Below, piece by piece: positions 35,843 to 44,255 of a stretch of 44,282 bases of DNA (position 1 is its first letter; every line of letters begins with the position of its first letter). The translations under genes were made by a program, and so were the position numbers. The stretch is from a virus (Duplodnaviria > Caudoviricetes), in the IMG/VR virus record IMGVR_UViG_3300024222_000003, positions 1-44,282 of that record; one strand, 5' to 3'. Below the pieces are notes generated by a model. That model was not told where the DNA came from and did no database searches. It saw only the letters and a program-made list of their open reading frames with translations.

Positions 35843-38428
35843 ATGGCCGATGACACTGAGGTCATCGAGCTACAGGACGCGAGAAAGAAACGGCAGACGA
35901 CGCGAGGCAGCGCATATCGCGCGCCCGCGTTGCCTGCCGTTCGCTTTCTCAGCGACGCGCATCGAGCACATCTGCGCGACACCTCGGGACTGAACGACGA
36001 GACCATCTCGCTGGCGAACGTGTACTCGGTCGACTCGCGCAACGAGGCCATCGAGCTACTCGGACGAGTGTCGAACCTGCCGCGGGGGTCGCTGCTCGTG
36101 CTGCCGTTCTACCTGCCGGGCGGGGCCGAGCCGTACGCGTATCGAGTACGGCCTGACGAGCCGCGGGTTGTGCGCGCTGCAGAGGGCGAGCAGAAGCCGC
36201 GGGTCGTCAAGTATGACCAGCCGTCGGGCGCGGGGGTCATGGTCTACTACGCGCCCCGAGCTCGCGCGTCGGGTGCGTATCGCGACGTCGCGCAGCCGCT
36301 GTACTGGACCGAGGGTGAAAAGAAAGCGCTCGCGCTCGACCAGCTCGGCTACACGACCGTCGGCCTCACTGGGGTGTGGAACTGGTCCGACCCCGAGGCG
36401 CGCAAAGCACACGCGTGGGCGCTGCACGCACGCATACGCGAGCACGTGCAGATCGCGGGGCGCGAGCATGTGATCGTATTCGACCGCGACGCTGCGACCA
36501 ATCGCGACGTCGCCCAGGCCATGCGACAGCTTGCACGCACGCTGCGCGCAGCCGGGGCCCGGTCCGTGTTCGTCGTGCTGCCGCCCGAGTACACCGAGGC
36601 GAAGGGCATCGACGACTATCTCGTCGCAGCAGGCGTCGACGCGCTGCGCGAGCTGCTCGCCTTTCGGCCGGCCGAGTACGCAGCGCACGACGCCCCGACC
36701 GATTCGAAGGTCGTCACCCTCGCGTCGCTGCCCGCGCTGCGAGACGCGCCGCTGCCTGACGGGCTCGTGCTCCCCGACGGCTGGGACGTCGACTCTGCAG
36801 GCCGAGTGTGGGCCGGCGGCAAAGAAGTCATGTCGAGGGTGATGGTCGTCGCGCGTCGCAGCGTCGACACCAACACGGGCGAGTGCTGGGCTGACTTGGT
36901 CTTTCACCCCGGCGATCGTCGAGGCTGGCAGGTGCTGACAGTGCCTCGACGAGCGCTGCTCGATGCGCGCGCGATGGCCGGAGAACTCATGCCTCGAGGC
37001 GCGCCGGTTCACGGGGGCACAGCACGCGGGGCCACGGCCTGGTTTCTCGCGCTCGAACTCGCGAACGCGCGAGCGCTCGAACCCGAGCGCAGCGTGTCGA
37101 GCACGGGCTGGGTCGGCTCTGACGCGTTCATGCTGCACGAGCTCGTGTTCGCGAACGAGGCACTCGGGCTCGTGCCCAGCCCGATACTGGGTCGACTAAC
37201 ACCCGCACTGACGCCCCGCGGCTCGGTCGACGCGCACGAGTCTGCGCTGCGTGCGGCGTGGGCGAGCTCGCCCGTGCAGCGCGTCGCGATATGTGCTGCG
37301 CTGGCCGCGCCGCTGCTGCGCCCGTTCGACTTGCGGTCGTTCGCGCTGCACTTGTGCGGGGACAGCTCGCGCGGGAAGACGACCATGCTGCGCATCGCTG
37401 CGAGCGTGTTCGGCGACCCGAACGACCCGCTGTGGGTGGCCAGCTGGAACGCGACGAACAACGCGCTCGAGTTTCGCGCTGCGATGCTGAACGATCTGCC
37501 GCAGTGCTACGACGAGGCGGGCGTCATCAGCGCTGACGACCTGCGACGCAACGTGTACACACTCATCAACGGCGAAGGACGCGCGCGCGGCAACAAGGAG
37601 CTGTCAGTGCGCTGGTCGCCTTCGTGGCGAACGATCGTACTGAGCAGTGGGGAGAGCGAACTGACCGACCCAGCGGGGCCGACGGGCGCGCAGGCGCGCG
37701 TTATCAACCTCATGGTCGACGGGTTCGGCACGCTCGACGGGGACTCGAACGCCATCGACGCGCTGCTGCGACAGTGCGCTGACAACGCGGGCATGTTCGG
37801 GCAGCGCTGGGTCAGCTGGCTCGTCAGTCAGACCGAGGCTGAGCGCGTCGACATGCGCGAGCAGCTGCGCGAGCTACAGGCCGAGTTCGTTTCACGAGCA
37901 ACGCAGCACCAGCGCAGACTCGCAGGCTACGCAGCGACGTTGATGCTCGTCGAGCGGCTGCTCGTCGCGGCGTTCGGGTTCGAAGCGGGCGACGGCGTGC
38001 TCGATGTGCTCGGCGGGTTGAGTCGCGGCGAGGAGTACACCTCAGTGCCGACAGCTGCTGACCACATGGCGGACGTACTCGAGGACTGGATGTCAGTCAA
38101 TCAGCAGGCGTTCCCAGTGGCCGAGTATCGACCGAGCGGCGCGTTCAAGGTGCGCGGCTCGCACCACGTGCAGCGCTTCGGCGTGCGCATCGTCGACAAC
38201 GACGATCGCGTCGTCGAGACGCTCATCGTCCGCAGCGAGTTCGACAAGCTCTGCCGATCGCAGCGTCGCAATCCCACGGTGGTGCTACGCGACTGGGCCG
38301 CGCGAGCTCTCATCGAGACCAGCAACGAGGGCGACAAACAGCGCTTCATGGTGGCGCGCAGCGAGTATCGGCAGACGCGTCAGCGGTGGATCGTTTGGCT
38401 CGGTCGAACGCAGCAGGAGCGCAGCTAA
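35843..38428 (+). CDS. Primase-helicase (DUF3854-like TOPRIM + DUF927-like P-loop helicase)
   Basis: TEGEKKA, VFDRD and KGIDDYL (TOPRIM); GDSSRGKTT, CYDE and NGEGRARG (helicase). Confidence 0.88.
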   Translation: MADDTEVIELQDARKKRQTTRGSAYRAPALPAVRFLSDAHRAHLRDTSGLNDETISLANVYSVDSRNEAIELLGRVSNLPRGSLLVLPFYLPGGAEPYAYRVRPDEPRVVRAAEGEQKPRVVKYDQPSGAGVMVYYAPRARASGAYRDVAQPLYWTEGEKKALALDQLGYTTVGLTGVWNWSDPEARKAHAWALHARIREHVQIAGREHVIVFDRDAATNRDVAQAMRQLARTLRAAGARSVFVVLPPEYTEAKGIDDYLVAAGVDALRELLAFRPAEYAAHDAPTDSKVVTLASLPALRDAPLPDGLVLPDGWDVDSAGRVWAGGKEVMSRVMVVARRSVDTNTGECWADLVFHPGDRRGWQVLTVPRRALLDARAMAGELMPRGAPVHGGTARGATAWFLALELANARALEPERSVSSTGWVGSDAFMLHELVFANEALGLVPSPILGRLTPALTPRGSVDAHESALRAAWASSPVQRVAICAALAAPLLRPFDLRSFALHLCGDSSRGKTTMLRIAASVFGDPNDPLWVASWNATNNALEFRAAMLNDLPQCYDEAGVISADDLRRNVYTLINGEGRARGNKELSVRWSPSWRTIVLSSGESELTDPAGPTGAQARVINLMVDGFGTLDGDSNAIDALLRQCADNAGMFGQRWVSWLVSQTEAERVDMREQLRELQAEFVSRATQHQRRLAGYAATLMLVERLLVAAFGFEAGDGVLDVLGGLSRGEEYTSVPTAADHMADVLEDWMSVNQQAFPVAEYRPSGAFKVRGSHHVQRFGVRIVDNDDRVVETLIVRSEFDKLCRSQRRNPTVVLRDWAARALIETSNEGDKQRFMVARSEYRQTRQRWIVWLGRTQQERS

Positions 38429-38429
38429 T

Positions 38430-38846
38430 GGCGGCGTATCACTGCGTGAGTTCCGGCCTGACTTGGCTAAAAACGACGCTCCCCGAGACACCCTCGAGAT
38501 GCGTCAGCGATTCAGGAGCGATGTCGGATGCTTAGCTTCGATTTTAGGTCCGTGGTCGCTGTACCACTGCCGGCCGCGTTCGGTACTAGGGGCGTGTATA
38601 TGAGTTGTATGCAGCTCGCTCATAGCTTGCATTGGCTGGTCGCTCGAATAGCTAACAGTGATGTGACTAGATGGGGGTGACAGTGTCAAACGATGAGTTA
38701 GGTGCGCTTTACGTAGGCCTATTAATTAAGAGTGGAGCAGTGGTACACCTCTCTCTAATTATACCCGCATACATCAAGCATCTCGCCGACTTACGAGCTG
38801 CCCACCAACACCAAAACGGGCTGGCCGCGGCGGTACAGGGGCTGCG
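38430..38846. other. Putative replication origin
   Basis: Lower-GC gap after the primase-helicase with an AT core (TATTAATTAA) and an 11-bp inverted repeat at 38560-38570 / 38737-38747. Confidence 0.5.
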
Positions 38847-39407
38847 ATGACTGCAGCGGGCTCGAACGAGCGACTTCGCAGCGCGCTTGCAGCGCTGAAA
38901 GCCTCGAAAGCGCAGAAGCTCGATTCGCGTTCGAGCGCTCCCGCAGTGTCCGAGTCGCCCGAAGGGCAGCAGCCGCAGGAGGGGTCAGCAGCGCAGCACG
39001 AGCTCGCCGCTGACGCGCGGCCGAGGGCCGTGCTCGATGTGCTCGGGTACCCGGCCGCCTCGCTCGTCGAGCTTCCTGTCGACTTCGTGCTCGTGCTCGC
39101 TCACCCGCAGGCCGGCACGTTCTATGCTCTAACGCGCCTCGCGTATAGCAAGCTGCGCGCCAAGCGTCGAATAGTGCTGACTGGTGCTGAATGGTTGGCG
39201 CTGTGTGTGGGCGCCGAGAGTGAACGAGCGTGTGCAGAACTCGGGGTGTGGCTCCTACGTAAGCGCACTGAGGCACACAACGAGCTGACGCTCGACCAAA
39301 CACTCGGCCAAGTCGCGTCAGTCACTGCAGCTAATCCGAGATGGTCAACGGAGCGCGTCATCCGAGCGTGGGACGTTTCTCTTACGGACGTAGTTTTTAC
39401 CGAGTGA
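38847..39407 (+). CDS. Hypothetical protein
   Basis: 186-aa ORF co-directional with the replication operon. Confidence 0.65.
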   Translation: MTAAGSNERLRSALAALKASKAQKLDSRSSAPAVSESPEGQQPQEGSAAQHELAADARPRAVLDVLGYPAASLVELPVDFVLVLAHPQAGTFYALTRLAYSKLRAKRRIVLTGAEWLALCVGAESERACAELGVWLLRKRTEAHNELTLDQTLGQVASVTAANPRWSTERVIRAWDVSLTDVVFTE

Positions 39408-39444
39408 CTGAACTCGAGCTCGCGTCAACATTTAGCTCTCTCAC

Positions 39445-39987
39445 GTGATACCAATGATCAAGCTCGCGAAAGCACATCCATACGCCGTCCTGGGTATCGA
39501 CACTGCAAGCATCAGCGGCTGGGCCGTCCGCAATGAGGGACGCTTGATTGCGAGCGGCATAGTCGAAAGTAAGGACGCGTCTGCCGTGAACGGCGTACTC
39601 ACCACTTGGTTACGTCGAGCGGGCACGCTGACGCCGCTCGTCGTCCTCGAGCGCGCGTTCGGCGGTCGTCGACACACGGTCGTCGGGTTGGCCATGGCGC
39701 GCGAGCGCTGGCTAGTCGCGCTGCGCGCACTGCACGTCCCCGAGCGGCGCATCGTCTCAGTGATGCCCAACGAGTGGCGGCGGGGTTTGTTCGGCCGAGC
39801 GTGGGCTCGTGCGCGTCGCGATGACATTCGAGCGTACGAGCTGCTGAACGCGCGCGCCGAAGTCAGCTGCGAGATCGACCACGACGAGGCCGCTGCGATA
39901 TGCATCTCGAGGTGGGCCGCGAACGCGGGCGAGCTCGCCCCGCAAACGATCGGCATCTCGAGATCTCGACCACGGAGCACGCGGTGA
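39445..39987 (+). CDS. RuvC-like Holliday junction resolvase
   Basis: VLGIDTAS.SGWA, VVLE, P.EWR and DHDEAAAI acidic motifs. Confidence 0.8.
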   Translation: MIPMIKLAKAHPYAVLGIDTASISGWAVRNEGRLIASGIVESKDASAVNGVLTTWLRRAGTLTPLVVLERAFGGRRHTVVGLAMARERWLVALRALHVPERRIVSVMPNEWRRGLFGRAWARARRDDIRAYELLNARAEVSCEIDHDEAAAICISRWAANAGELAPQTIGISRSRPRSTR

Positions 39988-39997
39988 ATCGCCATCT

Positions 39998-40753
39998 GTG
40001 TCTCGCGCGCGAGCGTGCTCGATGACGCTGCAGCACTGCAGCTCGCACACGCTCGCGCAGCGGGTGCGGGCCGAGCTCGGGCGCGTCGACAACGTCATCG
40101 CAGATCCGCCGTTCTCAGAGCGCGTCAGTCGAGGCAGCTCGAACGGTCGACGACGCGACAGCTCGACGGGCGTGTCGACGCGCGGTCTCGAGTACGCGTC
40201 GTGGTCGAGCGACGACGTTCGCGCGTTCGTCGCTGACTGGGCGCCGCTGTGCGCGCGCTGGTTCGCCGTGCTTTGCAGCCACGATCAAATACATACGTAC
40301 GAGCGCGAGTTCGCGAACGCGAAGCGCTACGTGTTCGCGCCCGTACCGTGCGTTGTCACTGGCTCGAACGTGCGGCTGTGCGGCGACGGGCCGTCGAGCT
40401 GGACGAGCTATCTCGTCGCGAGTCGGCCGCACGCTATGACGCCGCGCTCGGGCACGCTGCGCGGCGGGTACTGGGGTCCGCGCGAACGGCTGCTCGTCAG
40501 CGGGGGCAAGCCGCTCTGGCTGATGCGCGATATCGTGCGCGACTACTCGCGCCCCGGCGAGCTCGTGTGCGACCCATGCGCGGGCTCGGGGACGACGCTG
40601 CTCGCAGCGCGCATCGAGCGTCGAGCGTTCGTCGGCTGCGAAGCGGACGCAGGCAGGTTCGAGCGTGCTCGCGCACGACTAACGCGACGTACTGACAAGC
40701 GCGCAGTACACAGCGAACGCGAGCACGACGCACCAGCCGACAAAGATCGCTAA
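39998..40753 (+). CDS. Orphan DNA amino-methyltransferase (beta class)
   Basis: IADPPF precedes KP..LM..IV..YSRPGELVCDPCAGSGTT; start may be ATG40022. Confidence 0.85.
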   Translation: MSRARACSMTLQHCSSHTLAQRVRAELGRVDNVIADPPFSERVSRGSSNGRRRDSSTGVSTRGLEYASWSSDDVRAFVADWAPLCARWFAVLCSHDQIHTYEREFANAKRYVFAPVPCVVTGSNVRLCGDGPSSWTSYLVASRPHAMTPRSGTLRGGYWGPRERLLVSGGKPLWLMRDIVRDYSRPGELVCDPCAGSGTTLLAARIERRAFVGCEADAGRFERARARLTRRTDKRAVHSEREHDAPADKDR

Positions 40754-40819
40754 CTCGCGCAGGCGTGGGGGCATCGTCTGCAGTGGACACATCATCGAGC
40801 GTCGAGCAAGCTGCGCGGC

Positions 40820-41098
40820 ATGACAATCGACCCACGCACCGACGACGAGCCCGCCCCTGACAACGAGCTGCCACCCGAGCCCGAGCCCGAGACTGAACCC
40901 GAGCCCGAGCCCCGAGACGCGATCGTTGTGATGACTGCGCAGCAGCTGCGCGAGTGGTGCGTGAACCTGACCGTGCACCCGGTCGCGCTCGGCGACCAGC
41001 CTGTGATGGTCAAGCTCGACGCGACAACGATCGTCCCGATCGTCGGCATCTCGTGGTCGCCGGGCGCGCCGCTGTACTTGCTCGCGTCTATTGCGTGA
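40820..41098 (+). CDS. Hypothetical protein with Glu-Pro repeat
   Basis: PEPEPETEPEPEP segment followed by a small globular domain. Confidence 0.55.
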   Translation: MTIDPRTDDEPAPDNELPPEPEPETEPEPEPRDAIVVMTAQQLREWCVNLTVHPVALGDQPVMVKLDATTIVPIVGISWSPGAPLYLLASIA

Positions 41099-41633
41099 CG
41101 GTGAGCGCGCGCTGCGCGAGACACACGCCCGCTCGATGCTCGATAGCGCCGCTCGTCGCGACGACGGTCACGTCGCATGCGTTGCCCTCACCGCACGGCA
41201 GGGGCGCCGTGTAGCGCGGACCCCAGCCGAGGCCGTCGGCTGCGCTGGGGTCGGGCGAGCGCAGCACGCACGACCACGAGACGCTGCGAGCGCTGTACGT
41301 CACGTTGCCCGCGGGCTCGCCCTTAGCTTCGAATGTCTCGCAGCCCCAGGTCTTGCCGTCGCTCGTGCGACAGAACGGGGCGCGTAGCGCGTACTCGGTC
41401 GCGTAGCTCGTCGACTCGGGGCACGCGGGCGCAGTCGGGCACTCGACGGGCGCGGGGCACGCGGGCGCTGACGGGCACGCAGGACACGCGCTGCAGCCAG
41501 CGCACGAGCTCGCTGGCGGGCAGCTCGCAGCACCGGCGGGCGAGTACACGTTCGCGGGCGAGCTCGTCGCTGCGTCGCTGCACGCAGCTGCGAACGCGAC
41601 TGCGACTAGTACACACACTGCTCGGGGTGTCAT
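41088..41633 (-). CDS. Cys-rich predicted lipoprotein
   Basis: Signal peptide with lipobox (FAAAC), CP..PACP repeats, Cys-rich C-terminal domain. Confidence 0.7.
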   Translation of the reverse strand: MTPRAVCVLVAVAFAAACSDAATSSPANVYSPAGAASCPPASSCAGCSACPACPSAPACPAPVECPTAPACPESTSYATEYALRAPFCRTSDGKTWGCETFEAKGEPAGNVTYSARSVSWSCVLRSPDPSAADGLGWGPRYTAPLPCGEGNACDVTVVATSGAIEHRAGVCLAQRALTVTQ

Positions 41634-41746
41634 CTGACGAGACTAAGGCGACGTCGAGCTCGAACCCAACTTCGCGGCACACACGTGTAGTGAGTGCTAC
41701 GCTTGAGTCGCCCCTCATTGTGACATCGCGCTGACGACGCAAAACG

Positions 41747-41791
41747 CGAGCGCCCCGACTTGACGACGTGACCGTCAAGTCGGGGCGCTCG
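41747..41791 (-). terminator. Intrinsic terminator
   Basis: 19-bp stem CGAGCGCCCCGACTTGACG, 7-nt loop, TTTT shortly after on the - strand. Confidence 0.8.
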
Positions 41792-41806
41792 TTGTGTTTC
41801 AGCTGT

Positions 41807-42265
41807 TCAGCGCTTGCGCTTGCTCTTGATTGTCAGCTTCGCGCCGCTGCTCGTCATCGACACATTGCCGAGCATGTCTGCTGACAGCTTGCCGTCGAGA
41901 CAGAGGTCGACAGCTTCGTAGAATGAGACTTCGCGCTCGCTCGCGTCGTCGAGCTCACGCTCGATAGCTTCGTACACTTCCTCTTCGACGCGAGCTGCGA
42001 TCATTCCGTCGCGCGCGGGGTTGCTCGTCGACGGGGTGGCCACGATCGCGAGCGCTGCAGTTTTCAGCTTGTAAGCTTCGACTGTCTGCAGCTGCGCAGC
42101 GCTGCGCTTGACGGGGCGAAGCTCGGGACGGCCGACTCGATGACACGTGAACACGAGACCACGACGAGTCTCGCGAACTGCGCTGCTTTCGACGACGACG
42201 CGCGTCAAGCGATTGTTGATGCGCGTTACGTAGATGCCACCGATGACGACGTGTGCTTGTTTCAC
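41807..42265 (-). CDS. Hypothetical early protein (cassette A)
   Basis: Bounded by its own promoter repeat and terminator; GAAAGCAGTA upstream of GTG. Confidence 0.75.
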   Translation of the reverse strand: MKQAHVVIGGIYVTRINNRLTRVVVESSAVRETRRGLVFTCHRVGRPELRPVKRSAAQLQTVEAYKLKTAALAIVATPSTSNPARDGMIAARVEEEVYEAIERELDDASEREVSFYEAVDLCLDGKLSADMLGNVSMTSSGAKLTIKSKRKR

Positions 42266-42271
42266 TGCGTG

Positions 42272-42354
42272 TACTGCTTTCGTTCTCGCGTCAGCGACGC
42301 GCTGACTTGATATCTAAACAGTATCAGAACTGCAGCACGCGTCAATGTGACTGC
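42272..42354 (-). promoter_or_regulatory. Repeat promoter-hairpin-RBS unit A
   Basis: TTGACG-N16-TACTGT with extended TGn; GTCAGCG stem at 42290-42306. Confidence 0.8.
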
Positions 42355-42389
42355 GAGCGAGTTCGTCGAGCGCTGACGTCAGAAAACGA

Positions 42390-42425
42390 CTGCGCCCCGT
42401 CGAGCTTGTACTCGACGGGGCGCAG
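42390..42425 (-). terminator. Intrinsic terminator
   Basis: 15-bp stem CTGCGCCCCGTCGAG, 6-nt loop, T-tract on the - strand. Confidence 0.8.
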
Positions 42426-42444
42426 AGTGTGAGGTGTGCGCGTA

Positions 42445-42801
42445 TCAGTGATTCACGAGCTCGTCAGCGCAGTACAGCTCGAACGCGCGCAGCACGTGCT
42501 TAGAGGTCCAGCGCTTCCCCGAGGGGGGCGCGAAGCGTTCAGCGTTCAGCTTCTTTGCGACTGCTGCGAAGTCGTCAGCGCGCGGGGCCTCGTCGTTTGT
42601 GCGAACGCGCAGCGTCTCGACTGCATGCACGAGCTTGCGTTGAATCTCGTGCTCGCGACATGCTTCGACGTTGCACGCATCGCACTCTTGACAGCGCTCG
42701 CAGTGCGACTCGAACGAGCGGCCGTCCATGTCGTGCGTGGGCAGCGCTGACATGTCTTGAGTGTTGCACTTACCGCAGCATGTGTGATTCGCGAGCTTCA
42801 T
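42445..42801 (-). CDS. Cys-rich protein with a C-terminal recombinase-type DNA-binding motif (cassette B)
   Basis: CCGKC..CERCQECDAC; VAKKLNAERFAPPSGKRWTSKHV resembles the serine-recombinase Recombinase domain. Confidence 0.7.
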   Translation of the reverse strand: MKLANHTCCGKCNTQDMSALPTHDMDGRSFESHCERCQECDACNVEACREHEIQRKLVHAVETLRVRTNDEAPRADDFAAVAKKLNAERFAPPSGKRWTSKHVLRAFELYCADELVNH

Positions 42802-42808
42802 TCTGACT

Positions 42809-42889
42809 TACTGCTTTCGACTACGTCAGCGACGCGCTGACTTGATATCTAGACAGTATCAGAGTCGCAGCGCGCGTCAATGTGACTGC
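42809..42889 (-). promoter_or_regulatory. Repeat promoter-hairpin-RBS unit B
   Basis: Near-identical to unit A: TTGACG-N16-TACTGT, hairpin 42825-42841, GAAAGCAGTA. Confidence 0.8.
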
Positions 42890-42913
42890 GCGCGAAGCTT
42901 CGACGAGCACAAA

Positions 42914-42959
42914 AGCGCAGCGCCCCGTCGAGCTGCTGAACTCGACGGGGCGCTGCGCT
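42914..42959 (-). terminator. Intrinsic terminator
   Basis: 19-bp stem AGCGCAGCGCCCCGTCGAG, 8-nt loop, T-tract on the - strand. Confidence 0.8.
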
Positions 42960-42982
42960 GGTGTGCGACTACTGCGACGAAC

Positions 42983-43195
42983 TCACTTAGCGTCGCTGGG
43001 GTCGATCCCAGCGTTCAAGTCGCGACACATGAATCGAGCGTCGTCACACGACGTCGCAGCGCGCGAGCGATAGTTGAATGTATTGTACGCAAAGTACGTC
43101 GTCTGCGCGTTGTTCGGCCCCGCTGGAACGCTCATGACGATCCATGTCTTGCTGCTCGTGCTCGACGTCGACTTGCTGCTGCTGCGCTTTGTCAT
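42983..43195 (-). CDS. Hypothetical early protein, 70 aa (cassette C)
   Basis: ATG43195 follows the shared GCAGTA leader; terminator downstream. Confidence 0.65.
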   Translation of the reverse strand: MTKRSSSKSTSSTSSKTWIVMSVPAGPNNAQTTYFAYNTFNYRSRAATSCDDARFMCRDLNAGIDPSDAK

Positions 43196-43198
43196 CTG

Positions 43199-43279
43199 TA
43201 CTGCTCGCTCGTTCTCGTCAGCTCGATTGCTGACACTCATACTGTCGCACGCTCGTCAGACTCGCGTCAATGTGACTGC
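43199..43279 (-). promoter_or_regulatory. Repeat promoter-hairpin-RBS unit C
   Basis: Same 15-mer (43265-43279) and GTCAGC hairpin (43217-43234); weaker -10. Confidence 0.7.
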
Positions 43280-43335
43280 GCGCGCATTCGACTGACTGCT
43301 CGTCGAACGCGCGCGCTGCGTGTGCTGGTGTGTGA

Positions 43336-43587
43336 CTACTCGTCGCGCTGCTGCGCTCGTCGACGAACGTGCGAGACGCTCGACGCTGCAGCGTTGCGCG
43401 CTTGATGCGCAGCGCAGCGCGTCTGACCTTCAAGCGCGAGCTCGTCGCACTCGTAGCATCGCGCTTGAACGCGACGCGCTGCGCGCAGATCGCGCATGTA
43501 CGCTGCTCGTGCAGCTCTGCAGAGCTCGCAGCGCGCGCTCGTGTGCTTGCATGCTTCGCATCTGAAACTGTCAGACATCTGATTCAT
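43336..43587 (-). CDS. Small Zn-finger-like protein
   Basis: CEAC, CELC, CYEC and CAAH motifs; overlaps the upstream gene. Confidence 0.65.
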   Translation of the reverse strand: MNQMSDSFRCEACKHTSARCELCRAARAAYMRDLRAARRVQARCYECDELALEGQTRCAAHQARNAAASSVSHVRRRAQQRDE

Positions 43588-43924
43588 CCTTGCGCACTAG
43601 TCGCAGATGCGAGCGTCGCTCGTCGACTGCTGCGCGCTCGTTGTGTCGTCGCATCGCTAAGAGCGCGCGCTTGCGCGTTCGTTCTGACGCAGAGTGAATC
43701 GCGAGTGCTGCGCACGCACCAGCTGACAGAGAGTCGACGTCGAGCTCGTCGCTGTGCTCGACGAGCTCGCTCGCGCGCAGCATGACGTAGTTGCTCGTGT
43801 CGGGGCCAGTGAGCGGTTGAACGAGCTCCTTGCGGCCCTTGCGCTGTACGAGGATGACGAGCTGAGGCACTCCGTCGATGTTCGCGCGATACACAAGGCC
43901 GTCGCTGATGACTGTACGCTTCAC
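43571..43924 (-). CDS. Hypothetical early protein (cassette D, first gene)
   Basis: GTG43924 with GGAG RBS (ATG43945 is an alternative start). Confidence 0.6.
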   Translation of the reverse strand: MKRTVISDGLVYRANIDGVPQLVILVQRKGRKELVQPLTGPDTSNYVMLRASELVEHSDELDVDSLSAGACAALAIHSASERTRKRALLAMRRHNERAAVDERRSHLRLVRKDESDV

Positions 43925-43946
43925 TGTGCAGACTCCGATTCGCATG

Positions 43947-44013
43947 CAGCGCTGAACTGCGCTGTTCGTTCATTCATAGTCACATTGATGCGCGCGCTCG
44001 TCAATGTGACTGC
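43947..44013 (-). promoter_or_regulatory. Repeat promoter-hairpin unit D
   Basis: 15-mer at 43999-44013; TTGACG-N17-GACTAT; CAGCGC hairpin at 43947-43964. Confidence 0.7.
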
Positions 44014-44255
44014 TGAGATGCTCGACGAGCTCGAGGTCGCTTGACGTGCTGAACCCCGCCATGGCGGGGATGGTTGGCGAGCGCGCTGCACGGGGCTGGC
44101 GCGGGCGGTGGCGGGTCTGGCTCGTGCTCGACCTAGCGGGGATGGTAAGCGCCACGGCTGGGCTGGCTGGCACGCGCCAGGGCTGGTGCCATGCCTGCGG
44201 TGGCTGGGATGGCACCCCGGCCCTTACAGTGCAGAGCGGCGCAGGTACGCGTGCA

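Noticed and set aside
39998-40753. Restriction-modification system
   Set aside because: No adjacent endonuclease other than the RuvC-like resolvase; orphan methyltransferases are common in temperate phages.
42272-44013. Repeats as a CRISPR array or integron attC sites
   Set aside because: Spacing is about 390-730 nt with whole ORFs between copies; the repeats read as promoters; no cas1/cas2; no attC R-box pattern seen.
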